A DNA stretch of 64,000 bases from assembly GCA_964626415.1 (NCBI GenBank), contig CAZVFH010000001.1, forward strand, positions 400-64,399, written 5' to 3'. The DNA is from an uncultured Candidatus Saccharibacteria bacterium (lineage in GTDB: Bacteria; Patescibacteriota; UBA1384; XYA2-FULL-43-10; CAINNR01). How positions within the stretch are numbered: the stretch's first letter is position 1; every line of letters starts with the position of its first letter. Below, one piece after another: positions 63,113 to 64,000 of the stretch. The position numbers were made by a program, and so were the translations under genes. Under the pieces are notes generated by a model, which did not search any database, had not been told where the DNA came from, and saw nothing but the letters and a program-made list of their open reading frames with translations.

Positions 63113-64000
63113 TTTGTACCGCCAAGCTCTTTTTTTATTGCCAGTACTGTGTCTGCTGATAATGGATCGACTTGATTTAGAAAAGCCAGATATGTAGCAA
63201 AATATTCAGAAAATGTAACAAACTCAGCAATCTCGGAAAATTTATCGCAAGGCGGAAAATCCAAGCGAAAATATGAAATTTTTTTGCTGCTCAAAAACTT
63301 CGCAAGGAGATTAAATCTGTTTTTTATCTCTGGGCGATATTTTGGGGATTCAACAAGTATCACAAATAATAGAGAGGGGAGATTACGAGGATTTTCAAAT
63401 CCGGCAATTAAATTATGATTTAATTCGGGAATATCGGCAAAAAACGAAAGATTTTTCCCGTTTTCATTTATTGTTTGTGAAAGACGAACTCCGACAGAAG
63501 TCAGGTGCGTGGATGAGATAACTAAAATTGTTTTTCCAAAAGAGCTGACAGCTAGGTCTTTAGCTGGATTGACTGCAAGGGGAGACGAATTTGAAATTTT
63601 GTTTTCGAGGCGATTGAGAAGAATAATGGTTTTTTCAACATCAATTTTCTCGTCACCAAGCAAGAAAAGACGAGAAAGAATTGAAAGAGAGATAGCAAAT
63701 AAATAAAAAAATGCAAGTTTCGGCTCCGAGTTAAATTCATATTTAATCAAACCAGCATTATATTTCTTGCATAGATTCTCAAGTTGTCCACCGGTTGTAA
63801 TCGCCAAAAGTTTGGCTTTTTTTAAATATGCGGAGGCAAAAGCAAAAAGTGTTTCCTCAGTGTTTCCTGAATGACTGATGGCAATTATTAGCGTTTCGGA
63901 GTCGACCCAACCCGGTAAGTCGTAACCGGAAACAGAGTGAAAAATTACTGATGACTGGGAAAATAAATCGCAAATAATTCTTCCAACAATTCCTGAAGCT
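63109..64000 (-). CDS. SIS-domain bifunctional phosphoglucose/phosphomannose isomerase-type protein (5' end beyond window)
   Basis: The minus frame stays open to the window end and reads ..IAISHSGNTEETLFAFASAYLKKAKLLAITTGGQL.. (SIS SxSGxTxE motif). Confidence 0.7.
   Translation of the reverse strand, partial: ASGIVGRIICDLFSQSSVIFHSVSGYDLPGWVDSETLIIAISHSGNTEETLFAFASAYLKKAKLLAITTGGQLENLCKKYNAGLIKYEFNSEPKLAFFYLFAISLSILSRLFLLGDEKIDVEKTIILLNRLENKISNSSPLAVNPAKDLAVSSFGKTILVISSTHLTSVGVRLSQTINENGKNLSFFADIPELNHNLIAGFENPRNLPSLLFVILVESPKYRPEIKNRFNLLAKFLSSKKISYFRLDFPPCDKFSEIAEFVTFSEYFATYLAFLNQVDPLSADTVLAIKKELGGTK

Noticed and set aside
1-64000. Search for transposase, integrase, reverse transcriptase, cas genes or rRNA in the window
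   Set aside because: No ORF shows DDE/HUH, tyrosine/serine recombinase, RT or Cas motifs, and no rRNA-like sequence was seen. The mobile-looking repeats therefore appear non-autonomous within this window.

Overview
AT-rich bacterial contig (mid-30s % GC by eye, standard TGA stop). Gene content and layout fit a reduced-genome Patescibacteria/CPR-like organism, but that placement is inference only. Layout: (i) 0.1-13.3 kb is an accessory/defence island. It holds RhuM, two YerC/TrpR-like genes bracketed by near-perfect palindromes, RadC, Phd/RelE, a tightly coupled 4-gene operon (coiled-coil Zn-ribbon, Type III Mod, OLD-family ATPase/Toprim nuclease, Type III Res), an HsdS tail remnant, a tandemly duplicated ArsR-like module and an FtsK-gamma-domain protein. 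(ii) 13.3-17.7 kb holds a FecR-like protein, a DUF202 protein, a DEAD-box helicase and one strikingly GC-rich prepilin/DUF1559 (H-X9-DG) gene. (iii) 18-39.3 kb is the fusA-tuf-S10-spc-alpha ribosomal supercluster. It has no rpsL/rpsG upstream and no L30, secY-adk is interrupted, rpmJ is out of frame at an A8 run, and the spacers are unusually long and repeat-filled. (iv) 39.3-43.2 kb holds a putative restriction nuclease convergent with a single ORF fusing a complete LexA to a Dam-class methyltransferase, then RmuC behind a terminator-containing leader. (v) 43.3-53.7 kb is housekeeping: pheST, a GAD-less aspS, a pseudouridine synthase, a DD-carboxypeptidase, rnc, nusB, rpmF and leuS. (vi) 53.8-55.7 kb is a small islet next to tRNA-Ala(GGC). 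(vii) 55.7-64 kb holds a 2-oxoacid:ferredoxin oxidoreductase, ackA, pduL, two tandem iPGM paralogues (one degenerate) and a SIS-type PGI/PMI. Best candidates for something undescribed: the Mod-OLD-Res operon, the LexA-Dam fusion R-M pair, and several dispersed palindromic repeat families, one of which appears in-frame inside leuS. All calls come from reading the sequence and the ORF track; no database search was run.
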